Origin: Eutreptiella sp. 'Long Island Sound 2002'
Taxonomy: Eukaryota > Protista > Euglenida
Direction of reading: 5' to 3'
Length of the DNA stretch: 64,000 nucleotides
NCBI GenBank assembly: GCA_964036045.1
Contig: OZ038378.1
Coordinates: 11,098,001-11,162,000, forward strand
This document shows positions 61,861 through 64,000 of the stretch, piece by piece. The notes below the pieces were generated by a model that was not told the origin of the DNA, searched no databases, and saw only the letters and a list, made by a program, of their open reading frames with translations. The translations under genes were made by a program, and so were the position numbers. Positions within the stretch are counted from its first letter, which is position 1. The number at the start of each line of letters is the position of its first letter.

Positions 61861-62781
61861 GGGGCAGGCAGGCTCCCACGGGGCTCAGCTGCAAGAGAGC
61901 AGGTTCCCAAGAGCGCCTACCACCAAAGAAGGGGTTCCTAGGAGGCCCAGAGAACAGATTCGCCATCACCACCCAAGGTGTGCATGGCTGGTGGACAGGC
62001 ACAGGACATCCCGCCCCGGACACTGACAGCAGAAGCACCCCAACCCCTGGCGAGACCCCCCTCCCTCCCCTGGGGGAAGTGCAGACAATCAGCAACAACC
62101 TCCACTTCCCCCACGGAGCAGTGAACCAGCAGCAGCCCACCTCAGCGTGACTGGGTGAGGCTTGGCACATCCGTGTGGCCTGACGTGCCTGAGGTCGGGA
62201 AAGGACCCCATGCACGTGTGCACACACACAGGCATGATGGCGACTCCTGCCCACGGCCGCTTCGGCTGGGTCCATGGGGGCTGTTCAAAGTCCATTCGGG
62301 CTTGAAACCAGACCAGCAGGCAGTTCAGCCTTGGTTTCTGGCAGGCAAGGTGGCCAGGACCTGCGACCCTGCTCCTGTGTGAGGCCCTCCAATTCACAGA
62401 TTGGGGCTGTGAGCACCTGCTCCCGTGAGGCTGCTTGTGTATGTGCGCGGGGGTGTGTGGGGGTGATTGTCTGTCTTTGCATACGGTCACCTTCTTCAGG
62501 TTTGACGGGACAACTGGCCAATACTGTTAAAGCGTTGCAGGAATCTTTCAGCAAAAGTCCCCCAGGAGACTGGGGTGTGTGCTGTGATCGAACTGGTTCA
62601 TATCATTACACCACAGGTTCACTCCCTTACCGCTGTCTGGGGTGTGGGCCACGAAGGTTACAGGTTGTCTAGGGCAGTAATCACGCTCCACCTCTGACAC
62701 CACTTGGCAGCTTCGTTGCCCTCAAGCTGCCCATGCCATCAATCATCTCATGTCTCATCGGCCGCAATTTCGGTGCGCGTG

Positions 62782-62805
62782 CACACACACACAGACACAC
62801 ACACA

Positions 62806-62836
<31 letters not shown>

Positions 62837-62838
62837 GC
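62782..62838. repeat. Compound (CA)n(CG)n microsatellite
   Basis: Seen directly; a shorter copy is at ~63297-63321. Confidence 0.9.
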
Positions 62839-63480
62839 ACCCACCCACCCACTGGGCTCGGGGGTAGGGGTGGTGGCCACCCAGGGCACCCCCGCCGCCC
62901 CCCCGCCACAGCTGGGCCGCGCGACAGGGCCCCAGCGGCGAGAGTACACACCCCCCCGGGGGGGGGGGGGGGGCGCCGTCGACCAAGCGGCGCAGAGCGC
63001 AGCGGCAGCAGCCGCCTGAGGCCGCCAGGGGGTGGGTTTTCAAGAGGGGGAGGGCGGGGCACCCCCCACCCCCCCGGCCAAACGGGCATGCGCGCAGCCA
63101 CACAGCGAGGCATGGCATGGACGTGCAGGGACGGAGGTGATTTAAACCCCCGAACCCCAGAGGTTCTGGTTCAGGCGAGGCCCCCAGCTGAGACCCGAGC
63201 AGCCACCAGACAGGACAGCTGCATGGCAGTCTGTATGCTTTTGGAGGCGCCTCAGGCGACCACGGGGGCCCTGGACCCATACGGGCCTCCCTCTACACAC
63301 ACACACACACGCGCGCGCGCGCAGAGTTGTAGAGAGGTGGTGTGTGTTAGTCCAAGTCAGGCCGACCGACTACGCCGCCACCCACCCTGGGCGCCCCCCA
63401 GGGTCAGCGGTGCAGCCTGTGAGGGGCAGACACACCACTGCCTCACCAAGTGTGTCTCGAGTGCGCGTGTCGACCGTCTA

Positions 63481-63815
63481 AGGTGAGACCCACCAGTTCC
63501 CAGAAAGCCGGGGCCTGTCGGCGGGACTAGTGTTTCTGAGCGTCCGCTCGCCTTCCCGTGGTGGACCTAGCTTGGTCCGGGCGCCTCTCTTCTTCGCGCC
63601 ATGCATGGTGCTCTCGGCCCCCCCCTCACCTGGGGCCCATTACATCAAAGGTGAGACCCACCAGTTCCCAGAAAGCCGGGGCCTGTCGGCGGGACTGGTG
63701 TTTCTAAGCGTCCGCTCGCCTGCCCGTGGTGGACCTTGCTTGGTCCGGGCGCCTCTCTTCTTCGCGCCATGCATGGTGCTCTCGGCCCCCCCTCACCTGG
63801 GGCCCATTCCATCGG
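63481..63815. repeat. Tandem duplication of a 168-bp GC-rich unit
   Basis: AGGTGAGACCCACCAGTTCCCAGAAAGCC... at 63481 and 63649, with only a few substitutions. Confidence 0.92.
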
Positions 63816-64000
63816 AGTGCGTGTGTGTGTAACGGCTAGACGTTCTGCCGATGGACGCCCATAGGGCGGGCCAGCGGACGATGGCTCTAGCGCTCCATGA
63901 CATGACATGACATGGTGTGTGTTAGCGAACGCTATGGAGTTTCGTCAATGATGTGAAGAATGCGGTCCACGGTTGCAAGGCCTGAGGCATCTGGCCACAG

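Larger units (their letters stand above)
59955..61960. repeat. Degenerate ~30-bp minisatellite (CCCAAGAGGCCCAGCCACAAGAGA.GGGGCT-like), split by two transposon insertions
   Basis: Units visible at 59955-60187, 60935-60984 and 61861-61960. Confidence 0.7.

Overview
Repeat-dense eukaryotic nuclear DNA with spliceosomal (GT-AG, one probable GC-AG) introns, (CA)n tracts and poly-G/C runs. The style suggests a protist such as a euglenid, but that is inference only. I found no rRNA, tRNA or CRISPR. Host genes: a terminal ankyrin-repeat exon (1460-1944); a ~3-kb coiled-coil/Ser-Pro reading frame broken by one frameshift and two TAG codons (8230-11183); an intronless DGK1-like CTP-dependent lipid kinase (27606-28427); and a divergent XRN-family 5'-3' exoribonuclease with six phase-consistent exons at 36733-42564 and probable further exons to ~58946. 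Most of the rest is mobile DNA. A 2.82-kb tandem array (11506-~22593) has a different DNA transposon inserted in each of copies 2, 3 and 4, which exposes empty sites and TSDs. A five-copy family with 3-bp TSDs and 9-bp terminal repeats carries a different captured coding fragment in each copy (Pack-type; one fragment is a retroviral-type integrase core). There are also two CAACC...GGTTG elements with 6-bp TSDs, three TA-TSD elements, two hAT-type elements and an antisense LINE reverse-transcriptase relic. All coordinates were read by eye and no database searches were run.
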